64,000 nt of DNA from Marsupella aquatica (GCA_973895155.1 OZ316891.1:29251611-29315610); one strand, 5' to 3'; positions 42,426 to 56,270 are shown, counted from the first letter of the stretch. A program made the numbers and translations. The notes: generated from the letters alone by a model not told the origin.

Positions 42426-42790
42426 CTATTTAGGTAGTAAGCCTGAGACACGAACAATAGCAGCAATCACATTTTGAATGTGGTCATGGGTAGCAGTCTC
42501 ACTACCATGACAGCACCAAAACATGTGAATGCCCCTTCTATCAATGACAGTGGTGCTCCACAAATACACGTGAGCTGGCCCAACAGGCAAGGGTGGGGGA
42601 GAGACCAAGACTCAGAAGCATGGGCCTGATAAAAATGAACCTAACTCATATGAAAAGGGGCCCACATAAAGCTAGCCGAAAGCCAAGTCCCCAAACCAAT
42701 GCCCAAATCAGAGAGCATACTAGCCTGTATCAAATTCGAAGGTGCATCAGAAAACTCTGACTAGACTGCCCAATATCTTCAGTTTGCAGA
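42426..42790 (-). mobile_element. Degenerate CRE C-terminal (CCHC/RLE) fragment
   Basis: IDRRGIHMFWCCHGSETATHDHIQNVIA aligns with CDATGVHLLRCSLGGETITVHDAVRDAT. Confidence 0.7.
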
Positions 42791-45700
42791 TATCGATCTT
42801 GAGTTTGGCAAACTCTATCAGAACTGTCCAATATCTTCAGTTTTTCAAACTTCATCAGGCACACAAAAAGTGATTTATAAACTAAGTTGGTACCCAAGAA
42901 TCAATCGTAACTACTGTGTTTGATTGACCTATTTGGGTCACACCAAAATCATTGTTGCCATGAAGCATCCAGGTATCTTCATTCGGAGAAACAGCCCGGA
43001 CAACATCTTCCAAATGATTCGTTTACGTGCCTTGAAAAAAAATCATTCATTGAAACGACAAACAACAGGGCATCGCCAGCAGGGAACGGCCCATGAGGAC
43101 AGAATGGTGATTCGTTCATGTTTCCAGAATCCAGATGCTTCCTTCAAATCTGCATTTATGTTCGAACCACGTGAAGTGCAGTACAGTGCTTTCTTCCATG
43201 TGAGTCGACTAGTCGACAACTAGAACTCGAAGTCCCAGAAGCTCTCTTTGTTGCGTTATATACGAAGCTTCACTGGACAAATTTAGAATGATACGAAGAA
43301 TGAGCGAGAAAACCAAGAATACGATGAGCACAGCGGGAGAAGACAAGTGCTTGCGAATATCCCTCACAAAGTTGTCAGTCGTGTGCCGTCTGATCGAGCT
43401 CGGATTCAAGCCATCGTTGTATACTGGCTTTTTGGATGAATTTCAATGAGTTTTTTGAAGGCAAAAAAAAGTTTCAAGCTATCGCCAGCAGTCCAGCGGA
43501 CAATTTCTGAAATTGGAAGCCGGCCACTCAAAACAGTAAGTTATCTAGACTGTTGGTGTTCGACAATGACCGGGGTTTTCTTCTGGAATCACCCACTTTG
43601 GTTAGCTGGAAAGGCAACCATTAATGATTGCAAGCCGCGCAAATTAAAGAGTATCGTTCCCCATTCAAAGGTAGGGTAAAGTTGGTCCCCCCTGGGTGCC
43701 GACCCCCTTTTGTGGGCCACCCCTTTCGTATGCTGGTTTGGATGAATTTCAAATTGTTTTTTCAAGGCAAAAATAAAGTTGGCTCATGGATCCCGTTTAC
43801 GCAATTGAGAAAAACTTGCTAAATTTCAGAGAATCGGGCAAAATCAATCGAAATTAGTCAAGTTCAGCCGTGGAGGCAAAAACCAAGCGATTCATCCCTT
43901 TGGTCGGGGCTCTTGTTTTCTTACCCACGTATCCGCTGATGGTTTTTCGACATTGGCTTTGAAGTCTGCACTTTGCACCGGCCACAAAGGAAGTTAAATT
44001 AGCAAACCTTGTGGGGTGATCAGATCAAACATTTCGGTGAGCACGTGGGTTCGCGGGTGCCCAATCGTAGAACACGGCGTTCAACCTAGCTGAAAACACC
44101 TATTTGGCACAACGGTGCGTGTCGACGAGGTTCTCAGAAGATCCGCGCGCTAAAATTTTGATCTACGGTAGTATGGTGAAGCCACCACGATTCACGGCGT
44201 CTTTCTGGGCAATTCAATCAGCAGGGATTGAGGAAACCAACCAGACGGTAGTTTCTTCAATTAGGATTTACTTTCTGGTTTATGGTGAGCGTCCAAAAAG
44301 GAAAAAGGAAAAGCAATTCCAATGATTCGTTTGTGGGTATTGATACAGGTGGGTCCACGGGCACTTTTGAAACGAAAAAGCTATGACTGATTTGCTGAGT
44401 TGTTTTCTGGGTAGTAATCAATGGCTTGAATTTTATCTACCAAATAGTCAGCTGAAGATGGTCAATCTTGAATAAAGTGTATTTTTGTCCTCACGAGCTC
44501 CAATCCGTATCCCTATGGTGGATATATCAAAACATTTCCCACTTCTTGCTTTGGGGAGAAACGCTCTATAACCAGATTTTATTTTCCCTGCAACTAAAAG
44601 TAAGCCATAGATTCTTGGATATTTATGATAATCAGCCCTATTTTCCCCGCAACCCCCGCAACTAAGGACTGTCTTGCATGTGCAAGAGTCCTGAAAACTG
44701 CCGCCCTTACCAAGCCACAGATGTCTGGAAAAAGTTAAAACCAAATGTTTTGTTTTATTACATTTAAAAGGTCCCCAAGATTTCACAGCAAGGCACGATG
44801 CTCAGCATCTTCCTGAAATTTTTGCTGCCCTCATGATAAATTGGAATTTTTCGATTTGGAGTTACGTACTGACTCAGTTCTCAGTTCTTTCATTCTCGTG
44901 TCGTAGTTGTCAATCATGTAACGCTGAGTCGAGACAGATTTAGCAGGAGATTTATTATAAACAGGTTGCATCCTCATCGAATGAAAGCCGAATGAACGGA
45001 GTAGAGGACGTCATGAGCGATTGTTCCAAGCATCTCCATTATTTGCTAGTAATTGATCAATATGCTGTCTCTGTGACTCTGCTCTAAAAGTTTGCACGGC
45101 TGCAGAAGGTTGGCTATTTTCCGATGCCTGTCTACTGTGTAAAGGAATAAATGCCCATATCTTAAGAGCGAACCTGAAGATAATTGGTAAACCTCCCTCG
45201 AGGGAGGAGCCAATAGTGTTAATTTAAAGCGAATGAAAGTCAACTTCATTGCTAAATATACGTCTCCAGTCCGGCAGCAGACCATAGTACTTGACTAGGT
45301 GTACAGGAGAATGTGTGCAGGTCAGTTTGTGGTCCCATGATGCCTCGTCAACATTCTTCTACATGGTTTTATCGATCCATCATTTGCCCCAGTCAACTGC
45401 ATGGATTCGATCGATCAACCGGCCTTACCTGCTTTAGACGAGTCACTCAGAAGTCATGCAGCAGTCGCCGACTTTGTTTCGAAAGTGGAGTGGATGCCAC
45501 CCATGTTGGCCAGATAAGCGACTACAGCATCTTCGTCTGGGCTGAAAAGTGTAATGGACTCGGCCTCGACCTAGACCTCCGGTACTTCTGGGTTTGCCTT
45601 CATCGGCACCCTCCCTGTGTATAAACGGACAATATACAAAAGGAATGGACTGCCATACCTTAGTCGGTCTGACATTTCTGAAGAGAACGAGGCATAATTG

Positions 45701-47934
45701 TACAGATTGAAGATTGAAGAAGAGCAGACGGCTGCGAGATGCTGGCATAGAGTTGACAAGCACTCAAAGCACACGGGGAGAGGCAAAAGTAAATGATACG
45801 ATGACGAAAAAGAGAGAAATTAACAAGACTGGTAGAAATGATCTTTTCAGATATTCACCCAAGAAAGCATCAGTGGAGAACTGCGACTCGACAAGACAGC
45901 ACATAACGTAGACCAAGTTAAACTATTTAAGTAACCGGGAGAATTTTACAGCAACGGAGTGAAGAGGAAATTGGGCACAAGCGAGTGCGGGGAGGCATGT
46001 CCTCCCTGCATACCCCCCAGTCGGCATCGTTCACCGACCTTCTTTCCTCCGACCCAGCCCTCCTCCAACTCCAGCACATCTGCAATGAAATTGTGCTCGA
46101 AATTGTGGGTTTGAAAAGGCCGCCAGTTGGTTAGCGTAAGTCCCGACTTGGGACATCATCCAAATGCTGCTGACATCGAGCATCCACCAAGGCCCTACAC
46201 TGTGTAGCCCATGTAGTGTAGTGTGGCCCACTGCATTCTACATTCCACAACTGTCAAGCGTGCATTCATCTAGTTTTTTCGAGGCAAAAAAAAGTGTCAA
46301 GCGTGCACATCAATGTACAGTCCCTAAAGACAAAAATCTTTCTAGACGAAAGTTAACAGTAAGAACCATGAGATGCGAGACAGCAAATTATTGAGGGACG
46401 ACAACGTAGACTTCTGGCCTATGCTTCTGTATAGGTGCACGTGGAGTGGGTGACCTCCGAAGTCAATTCTCAATCTTGGGCAGGTTGGCCTAGCAACCGA
46501 AAGCTTGGTTGCTAGGCTTAGAAGACTTAGCCGCACTTGTGACTTTTATTCACTAAAGCAAATTTCTTCAGATAGACTTCAGTCAAAAGTATCTTTTCAA
46601 ACCAACTTCAATAAATACAAATCCCTTAAATGAAGGTTGAGCTAAAGTTTGGACCACCTTTGGAGGTGGTCTCCAACTCTAGACAAGATTGTTAAGTCTA
46701 TTGACCATTTCATTCTGTAGTTACGTACAGTAGTTGCTTTGGCTACTCCTGCCCTCAGAAATTGATAGTCTAAGTATATGTTTGCATTGTATTCGTAGTC
46801 ATGGTAAAGAACGGTTTCGCTGCTGGTTATGTTTACATGATTTCCAGATTGGCTCTACTTGAATAGTCACATACGGAATCAAGTAGAATTTGACAGCAGT
46901 ATAGTTCTGCAAAGAACATTCAGAAAAGTTTCCATTAGACAAAAAGCACACCATACGAATATTCTGAGAAATTCAAGCTCGGACGTCAGGATCGGTCTCC
47001 TGTAGTATGTCGTGTAAACCGGATATGACCCAATCTTTGGTAAACGGGCAGTCGGGTTCAACTCATTCGGGTTGAAAACTCCCCAAAAGTATCCAGAATT
47101 CATCACCACCGTTCAGAATCGAATTCTTATCGTTCTATCACAGCAGATTGATGGATTGCAAACAGATGTTGCTCCAGATCGATTGCATATTAACACCATG
47201 TTCCCATAGAAATCAATGGCTAAACATTGCAGGAGACAGTCACGCCGTAAACGGTGTGTGGGAGAATCATGAAATGCGCCTCTAGAAACGTGGATCGGGT
47301 TGTGGATTTGAGGTAACTTAAAGGCCAATTTGTCGCACTGTGTCTCTCCTTCACTGAGCTTAAGGTTCATTAACTCACAGGTTTGACCCAAGACGAGCCG
47401 GAGAACATCCGCTGCTATGCGCATTACCAGTCTGCCAAAGTGCTCTTCCTGATTGTACAGCAGTCTTTAACGGATCTATCGACGAGCCTCCAGCATGAGA
47501 GGTCAGGAACAGCAGACCAGGCTAAAAGTTTGCTTCCACGTCAGTCTGCTGTCATTTTGACCAATCAGATCGATACGACTCTTGCGTCACACAGAATGGC
47601 GATCGGAATGTCGAGCCCAACTCGTAAGCTTCCTTACTTATGGCTGCTAAAAGTTACTGTGCTCCGGTACCGTGCCTTGAGCAGATCGATGTAATGAACG
47701 GAGACCGTCAGAACGTCTAGGACACTAAGGATCGTTCTGACCACAATCGTATATGGCGCACAGACATGATGTCATCGTTATCGTTATGACTGCGACTCCA
47801 ATCATAATTATATGACAGTCCATTTAGACTTTTCCGCTGGTCCATTTCATAGACATAGCCTCATTCTGGTATTCTGGTCAGCTAAAGTAATATCTCTAAA
47901 TACCCTCCCTTTGCATTGAAAAAGTTTAGGGTTC

Positions 47935-48830
47935 AGTTGCTGCATACAAAATGTCATTGCAAAAATGATGTCAATGATGTCAATGATATCATTGTGCCAA
48001 AGATAAAAAAAGTTGTCATTGCAAAAATGTTGTCATTGTGTCAAAGATAGAAAAAGGTTTTGCTTTCTATTGGCTGCCCTGAAATCCAAAACTGACCCAT
48101 CTAGAGGATAGACAATAACTCCAGGAGCATGCACCTCTGTAGGGTAGCCCACATAGCCAAGGGGGGGGGGGGGGGGGGGGAGGGTTGGAACATAGCCCAA
48201 AGTGGACCCAGCCAGGGCTAAGGAGAAACCAGTACTCCCACCATTACACCCTATCCACACACACTCTCATCCTCCACCACGCTTGCATGTCAAGGGGGAG
48301 ACTGAAGGTTGGGACCTCTTGGTTTTAGGTTCATCCCCTGGTCAACTAGCCAGACCAGAAAAGTTACCTTTCGTTTAAAAAACTGTAATCAAGTAAAAGA
48401 GGTCATTTCATGACAGATTCTTATTTAGAGTTTCAAAGAGTTCCCTTCATAAAGAGTTGTCATTTATTTTTAGTGTTAATATAGTTTAGTGAATAATAAA
48501 CTTATGCAAAAGAGGTTACAATGTAGAGGAAAACAGATTTACTGAAAGGATAAAATTGGATATAGAACATAATGAAATTGTTTTTCATTCCACAGAGAAC
48601 CATAGTAATGAAATTGCCTTGGAAGGTGAAAGCAGCCCCATCCAACAGAGGATAGTGTTTTTATAGTTTACTTAGTGAATAATAACTATATGCAAAAGAG
48701 GTCACAATGTACAAATTAAGATAAAAACAGATTTACTGAGAGGAGAAAATTAAATATAGCACAGAATTGTGTTTCATTCCATAGAGGATCATGGTATGAA
48801 ATTGCCTTGAAAACCTAAAGCAGGCTCAAC
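47935..48830 (-). mobile_element. Probable Helitron remnant interrupted by a SINE
   Basis: Reverse complement of the ACATC/AATGACA array seen in the other Helitrons; ~190-bp diverged tandem duplication at 48470-48835. Confidence 0.4.
48055..48360 (-). mobile_element. tRNA-derived SINE, same family as 56764
   Basis: Head GGCTAGTTGACCAGGGGAT...GAGGTCCC, GT-rich segment, CTTAGCCCTGG..CCACTTTG; internal G21 run at 48160-48180. Confidence 0.7.
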
Positions 48831-48859
48831 CAACACATCGATAGACTTCTTGCTCTGGA

Positions 48860-49135
48860 GCATGCGATTATATATAGGGTAGCCACAAGAGGAACAATAC
48901 CCAGAAATCCCACAGGACCCAGGCCACAAGGGAGAGAGGGTTGAACCAGGCCCCCAAAGCTGACCAGCCAAGGGCTAAGGAGAAATCATAACTCCCACCA
49001 CTACACTTCACTCACACAAACACATACACTCCTCACCCCTTGCTTGTGGAGGGGGATTGAATTGAACCTAAAACTGAGACCTAAACCTAAACCCTAAACT
49101 TAGGCCAATCCCCTGGCAAACTGACCCAGTCATTT
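48860..49135 (-). mobile_element. tRNA-derived SINE copy with telomere-like repeats in its head
   Basis: Homologous to the 48055 and 56764 copies; CCTAAA/CCCTAAA repeats at 49065-49100. Confidence 0.65.
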
Positions 49136-52100
49136 CAATAGAGAACTATTGTATTTGGGCAGGGAAGGATTGGTCCATGTTTACAATCACACTTAGGGGG
49201 CCGAGTATCAAGGAAGAAAAATACTCCTCCATCTCCACATTTTTCCCATGAATAGGAGGGGAGGGGCCAGAATTGAGCCTCCCCCTGTCACATCCATGTA
49301 CCTCCTTTGCTTTCTCAGGCCCACTCTGAAATTTCAGGCAGGCAGAGGTACAAAAGAAATTTCCCAGCTGAGTCCCAAAAAGGTATTCTAATGAAGCTCC
49401 AAACGAGAGGGTGCTGCCTGTTGGATCATCGACGAAGGAGGTTTTGTCAGCTAAGCTCAGAATTTGAAAAAGCCACAAAATCCGAGCAACTTTGTGGATT
49501 TGGAATCAGCGCCAAACACAGATCAGGTCTTGCATGCTTTTAATACTGTGGATTTAAGTGAATGTTAATCAGAGCAAAGACAGGGTTTGAATAGCACCTA
49601 CAATTTCGCTGGTCAAACTGTGAAAATTCTCTATCAGATATGGGAGACCAAGAGAGTAATCAAATCCAGCCAGAGTGAAATCGAATTGAAGACGATGTCA
49701 CCGTTGTGGCTCGAGGTTGTCTCCAGCATTAGAAGCAGGCAGCTGGTCTCCATAGAGGATTTTCGCTTCTGAAATCACTTTTTCCAGCCTGAAAACTGAG
49801 GACAACCCTGTCAACAGCTGCAGCAGCAAGAACAGGCAAGGATCATTTGATCCACTAAATTTCGTGCGATTTCTGCTCACTGCTTGAAGGTCATCGAACG
49901 CGTTTAGGTTAAACCCTAAACCCTAAATCTAGCGCCTCGGACCTCCAGGAACTCGAATGGCCTCGGACCTCGAGGAACTCGAATGCCAGAATCAGATTGG
50001 ATATCCCCGATGCAACTACTCTGACTGTACACATGACAAGGTCATCCTTGGACTGCACTATTGAAATCACAACCTACTTTTGGAAACAATAGTTGCTTCA
50101 ATGGATTCCAACGTACGTCTTCTCTGGAATCTTAAGAATCTTCTTGATTTCCGCTGTGTCCTGCTGCCGGAGTTATAGGTACTTAAGCTGCTGTTAGACT
50201 CGCTCAATATTTGCTTTGCAAATGATTACATTCCAAGAAACAATATACTGCAGGGGATTCCAGCCAAAAGACGTTCGTCAATTTCGCTGCCTGTGCACCT
50301 GTTAGATCAAAGGTTGTGGCCAGATTTTGGTCCTGGCCAGCAATTCGGTCCATTGTAGTATTATTCTTAAGGAAACGTGGCTCAGATATGCGCTACCCTT
50401 CCCCGGGGAGAACTACAACACAAGATCAGCATTTCTAATGATGCATTGATCGAACCTTCTGGTTGCTAATCCGCACGATGCAAAACTTTTCCTCACAATG
50501 GGGAGTCAAAATGTGTCGGTATACACGTAAATAGTCACTGGAAGCTTTCCTTTCCAACATCTTGTGAGGAAGAACAGAACTGCATCCCGTACCGTTCATC
50601 TGCATAAAACTGTCACTGTTCAAGGTCTATCACTTTCGACTCACGAGCTGCATAATTAATCTACTGTGTCTTAAACGTAGTGTTAGCACGAGAGCTCATT
50701 TGCAAAGAAAGTGAATGCTTATTAGAGTCGTCATCTGCTTGGGAGAGAGAACGGAGATCGACAGTTGGGCACCGACAGCATTGCCCAGGCCTCGGGTCCA
50801 CAGTGTACATGTCCTGGGAATCTGCCGTATTACAACATGGAGTTGAGCACAAGACGTTGTCTTTTACCTGGAATCATTTAATTCCCTGGACTTTGCATGC
50901 TCGATAGGATCTATCTGGACTCCGTCTCGACAATGAAGCCTCTAGATGACAGTATGCATCATTATCTGGAGTGACGGCCATGTTGTTTTGGTGACACCTG
51001 CAAATCCCGAATCAACCGACCAGTCCAAGGGACCAAATGATATGAGACAGCTTACAGACTCTATCTGCTGAGTGGATGAACGGAATCTAATCTGCATTAT
51101 CGAACCTGGCTAATGTTCAGGAAGATTTACCCGAGAGCTCCGGAAGCGTCAACCTTCACTACAGTCGAGGAAATCTGCTGAGAAAACGCAAGTGAGTTAG
51201 TAAGCTATAATTAACAACAATTCAGCTCAGGAAACGCGAAAACTTCGGAAAATGATTTTGTTACGTCGAGCTAAAGCTTCCATTATCCCAATTGGATGTG
51301 GGCGTATCCGAAATTTCTCACACAATTTCCTTAGACATTTAACTCGTGTGGTTCCCGTCCGGCTAAAGCTTCCGAAATAATATGTGGAATCATTATATAG
51401 CCGGACGGGAACCACGCTCGAAGGCCAATTGGAATCATGAAAAGAACGGTCTTTGGGCGAATTGTGTCACAAGATATCATCTAATTTCTTTCGTTCATAC
51501 TATCGCAAGGCACGCTTTGGGATAAGCATTGGGCGAAGATTGGAGTCGCCATCTGGACTGTAGACATTTTGAAGTAATGTCATTAATTTGTAGAACAGAC
51601 AGTTTTCATGAACATCGAGTTATTATGATGCACACGCGCGAGGAATACTAATCGTCTAGTATGGAATATTGGAATCTCCACGAGTTGTACCGAACCAATT
51701 AACCAAACCCCATTTCACTTCTCGAGGTACAATCGAGATTACTAGGACACGATTCCCAAGAGAAATGAATGTCGTAATCGTTGCTCGATTGGACAGGAAA
51801 GGGTAGAGATGCTTGGGAAAAAATCGCTTTGATGGTGGTCGCTCAATATGTCCAGCTACACTGCGAGTCTACGACTCTAGCTATTTACTGGGCCGGTGAC
51901 AGGAATGGAAACGCTCAATGCGCTAGAGAGAGTTGCCGCCAAAACTTGACATTCGTTATCTATCGACACAAAGCACCCGTATCCAGCCTTTGATTGGCGG
52001 CTGGGTACGTGGAGCGTTGTTGGCTTCCATTTATCGAAGCCCAGCGGCTAACGGACTATGTTGCTCAGGAAGACGCGACGTAATTACTTAGATTCTATAC

Positions 52101-52303
52101 TTGACGCGGCGTTTTGCCTTTGGTACGGAATCATTTGCGCATTTCGAAGGACAGTCTCAGTGTAACTGACTGACAGTCAACAGTCACAACATGGATTGAC
52201 GATAATTGCACATCATGGTACTTTTCTCGGATGTAAAGCCGGTCTGCAGGATTCTGGTACACCTTGAGCGAATTGAATTTCCTGCTCCTGCGAAGTAGAA
52301 GGC

Positions 52304-53939
52304 ATGGCGAAGAGAGCCGGTAGTTTTGCTCTGTCCCTGCTTCACCTGGTGCTGTTGGTGGCAGCTCAACCAGCTCCAGCTCCCGTGTCACCGACTACAC
52401 TGCTCAGCCCAACGCCAACGCCAACGTCTCCAGTCCTGGAGAGAATCGACACTCACAGTCACTTTGTTCCCCCTTTCTACGAGGCCCTGCTGAACTCACG
52501 GAACATCACTGCTGGGGGAAGGCCGATTCCGAGCTGGAACGCAGCTGATCACCTTGCTGTGAATGCCGGGTTCGGCATAGCCACATCTATCGTCTCGATT
52601 TCTACTCCCGGCGCGGTGTTGTCCGCCAACTTCCCGGTCCAGGAGTCGCGGAAATTGGCACGCCAGCTGAATGAGTTCGGATTCAAGCTCACCACGCAGT
52701 TCCCGAAGAAGTTCTTGTACTTCGCAACCCTGACGCTGCCCGACGTGCATGGGTCAGTGGCTGAGGCCATCTACGCCCTGGACAGGCTCGGTGCCGCGGG
52801 AGTCATGCTAGAAGCCAGCGCTTTCGGAGAGCTCCTTGGCACTCATCGCTACGCCTCTCTGTACAAGGTGCTCGACGACAGGAAGACTACGGTGTTCATC
52901 CACCCCAGCCAATCACCTTGTGCAGAGGCTTCTGTGGGTAAGCAATGTCACTTTGGTTCAATTGAATTCCATTTCGTGTCGAAGGCCTTTGATTCTTTTA
53001 TCATCTGGCCTCCACGAGGATTTTTTATTGCACAGTTTGGCCATACTTCCCAACCTTGCATGCTCTTCCACAACAATGCATTTAAATCTTTTGAGCTCAT
53101 AGATCCAGGAAATGCTGGCCTTAGAGCATCTCAAATCAAAGGTTGAATCATCGTCAAGGAGTGAGCGTCTGAGTGTTCTAAAAGAGTATCGCCAGATAAA
53201 GAATCTGTGGCTTCAAATATTTATTGAGATTCCAAAGAGTGATGCTCTGTCCTAAGAAGGTACCGCTAGATACTCTATGTGGAATCAAATGTTGACATGA
53301 TCGTCAAGGAGTGAGGTTCTATCCTAGAAAGGCATCACCAGATAATGAAGGTGGCAGAGTCGTTAAATTTCGATGAGTATGACGTAAATGTGAGGCACAA
53401 ATGTTGTGGTGGGCATGAAGTACTCAGCATGTCGTCGCGATATAACTAAGTTCCTCTCTGAACGTGTGATTGCAGAAACTGCGAACTCCACAGACATCCC
53501 GGCGTTCGTGGTCGACTTCTTGTTGGACACTACTCGTGCGGCACTTAACTTGGTGTATAGAAACGTGACCAGGGATTACCCAAACATCAAGTGGATCCTC
53601 GCCCATTCTGGAGGATTCCTTCCATTCGCAGCTACCCGGGGAGCAGGCGGATTGGCTTTGCTGTCTGGCGACGCGGGTGGCCTGAGCGTGTACTACTCCG
53701 AGCTCCAGAAGTTCTACGTCGATGTCGCTATTTCTGCTTCTGTCACGTCTCTAGCGAGCACTATGGCATTCTTCAACACGACTCAGATTTGCTTCGGCTC
53801 CGACTTCCCGTATGCGCCCGTGGATGCCATCGCTGAAAACAACAACATGCTCCAGAACTTCCAGTTTAGCAACAGTGCGAGGAGAAGCATCGACTTCCGA
53901 AACGCCAACAGACTCTTCCACAAGTTCTTGAAGCATTAG
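52304..53939 (+). CDS. Secreted amidohydrolase-2 family protein (ACMSD/6-methylsalicylate decarboxylase-like), copy B, 365 aa
   Basis: Exons 52304-52937 and 53476-53939; phase-1 GT-AG intron at the same position as copy A, and exon 2 is 464 nt in both. Signal peptide MAKRAGSFALSLLHLVLLVAA, IDTHSH, VFIHP, LAHSGGFLP, FGSDFPY. Confidence 0.9.
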
Positions 53940-54939
53940 CATTAGTAGTAGCCACGCACACCGTTTCTTCAATCGATAGACGAATTTGAAGTTGCGAATC
54001 AGTGAACATTTTGAGTAATCAACAATCAATTGATTGCTCCAAATGTCCAGTTGATATTGAGCAAACTTGACAGTTTCATTTCATTAGTAATTAGTCCGAA
54101 GCAACCTTCATTGTTGGTGAATAAGAATTTTTCTTGAACACTGGAGAAAGTGAGCTAGCTAATCTTCGAGGTTACTGTAATGTACCCACTTCTAGCTAAG
54201 AGAATGGCGTGGTGGAAGAATGGGGTCTGGTACTCGGCTGTAAGGAAAGGAAATCACGAGATTCGATGCTTTAGTGCAGCAGGTCAAATTTGGCTCATCA
54301 ATTCATCCATTATTGTCCACCAAGATGTTCAGATTTTGTGGTGCTGGCTGCACTTAGACCCATCATCATGACTGCGCACTTTAGTAGAGCAGAAGGATCC
54401 AAAACTACCACTTCTGTGACATCAGATCAGAAGGACTGGACAGCTTTTATGTTGATCTGGGATTGTGGGTCCAACGACTCCCTCACACGCTATGGCAGCT
54501 CTTGGATCAGTGTTTAAATACTGCTTCAGAAGCTCTCATGAGTCATGATTAAAACTGCGGTGTGAGTTCGGTACAAGATATATCACAGATGGCAATCACA
54601 GACCCCTGCTCCAGTGAAGTTGAATTGTTTATTATTTTTAATGACTGCCACTAAGAGTACCTACCCGGCTCTCCCACTCATTTTCTCCATTGGGCGCAGA
54701 AGTACCTACCCTACAAAATATGCAGATAGATGTTAGTGAGATTTACATTATGTGCTTTAGATCACCCCTTTTGGTGAACTAAGGAGATGACAAGCGAAAC
54801 TCTAAACTATTTCTGAAAACACTGTATGTTCTTTAGTGTATATGTGCGTTGAGAAGGGGTCATTGTAGCATGTAAGGAAACAGTAAATATTTCCTTGCAG
54901 AAACAAGTATTTTTTCTTACCTAGCACAAACAAAAACAT

Positions 54940-55165
54940 TTACTCACATGACCCTCATTTTTCTGTATCCAACAGCCTCACTAACAACAACCTGATTGGC
55001 AACTTCCACTTTGAGAACACTTTTGGCTGACTAACTCCCTAGCCATCTGGAATCTTAGAAAAACACTAAAAATATAAAAGGCAGCAAAAAATTTTAAAAG
55101 ATTAAATCATTAGTGACTCATTAGCAACACTTCCTCGCTATCAAAATTCCTGTTTGCTCATGTTA
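54940..55165. repeat. Dispersed repeat homologous to 3935-4185
   Basis: Colinear shared blocks with 3935-4185. Confidence 0.7.
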
Positions 55166-56270
55166 TACCATGGGTTAACTAATAATACATGATGGTATAA
55201 CATGTGAAATGAGCACTGTGGTTTGCTTTATAGATGAACTTGGTCTTTATGTGTGGGGTAACCCATCCCCTTATTTTGAATCATTCATCTAATTTTTACG
55301 ATCCAAAACTGCTTTCTACCACCTGTGGACTAATGCCTCATATTATCTATAGAAATGCAAAGAAAACTACAAAAGGGGTTTAGGAGCACTTGTTGAACTT
55401 TTTAGGAATCTTTAAATGTTGGTAAACAAGTAGGAAATGGGTGCTGTTTGCTAGTTCAATGGAAAATAATGATTTGGAAGAATTATGTGAGACAAGTCCT
55501 CCTTTCCTTCCCCAAACTGTTGCGTTTTTAATTCCAAAGTTCATGTCGGCTAGACGCAGCCCTTCTTCCTTAGAAAACTAGTCAGCCCTCACTTCACCAA
55601 GCTAATTCAATCAACAAAGAATTGAGTAATATTTTGTGTTTTTTAACATAACTGTGATTATAGCCTCTAATGTCTGTTTGTTTATTCTGGCCTATTATGT
55701 GAGAGAGACACCACATTGAGAAATTCAGATATAGGGGTGTCACACTAGCAGGTGCGTTACTTTGAGATATGATGGTTGACTTGTTCGATCAATAGAGTCT
55801 TCCACTACACCATTCTTGTTCGCTAATATCTGGAATCAAAGGCCACACAACTGCTAAATTATAATAAGGGGCCTAACACGTATGTTGTTTGAGAAAATTA
55901 TGATCTTTAATTGTATTATTGGATGCCTCAGGCTAGTCTCACACTACACTGGGTGTTCTTGTTGGTGATATCACCCTTAGAGTAAAATAAAGGGGTGTAT
56001 GTACCTTGCAATGCCATATAAAAGTCACACATGTCTCTTTATATGAATCACAGCCCAATACCCGTGCATTTCACAATTGCCCTTGTCTCAGTCCTTGTTG
56101 TTGTCTAATTGATCTGTCTAGTCAGAAGTCAAAGAGTAAGTAAGGGATAGAACAGAACATGCAAATGGGTCAAGAGAGCATGAATCACCAAACTCTCATA
56201 AATAAGATTATCTCTATCTTCCCTGTTCTTTCCTTTTTTTTCTTCTCCTTTTCTGTCGTTCTTGCTTCTT

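Noticed and set aside
42900-52200. Numerous 60-110 aa ORFs
   Set aside because: No motifs, no consistent exon chains, and many non-ATG starts; consistent with random ORFs.
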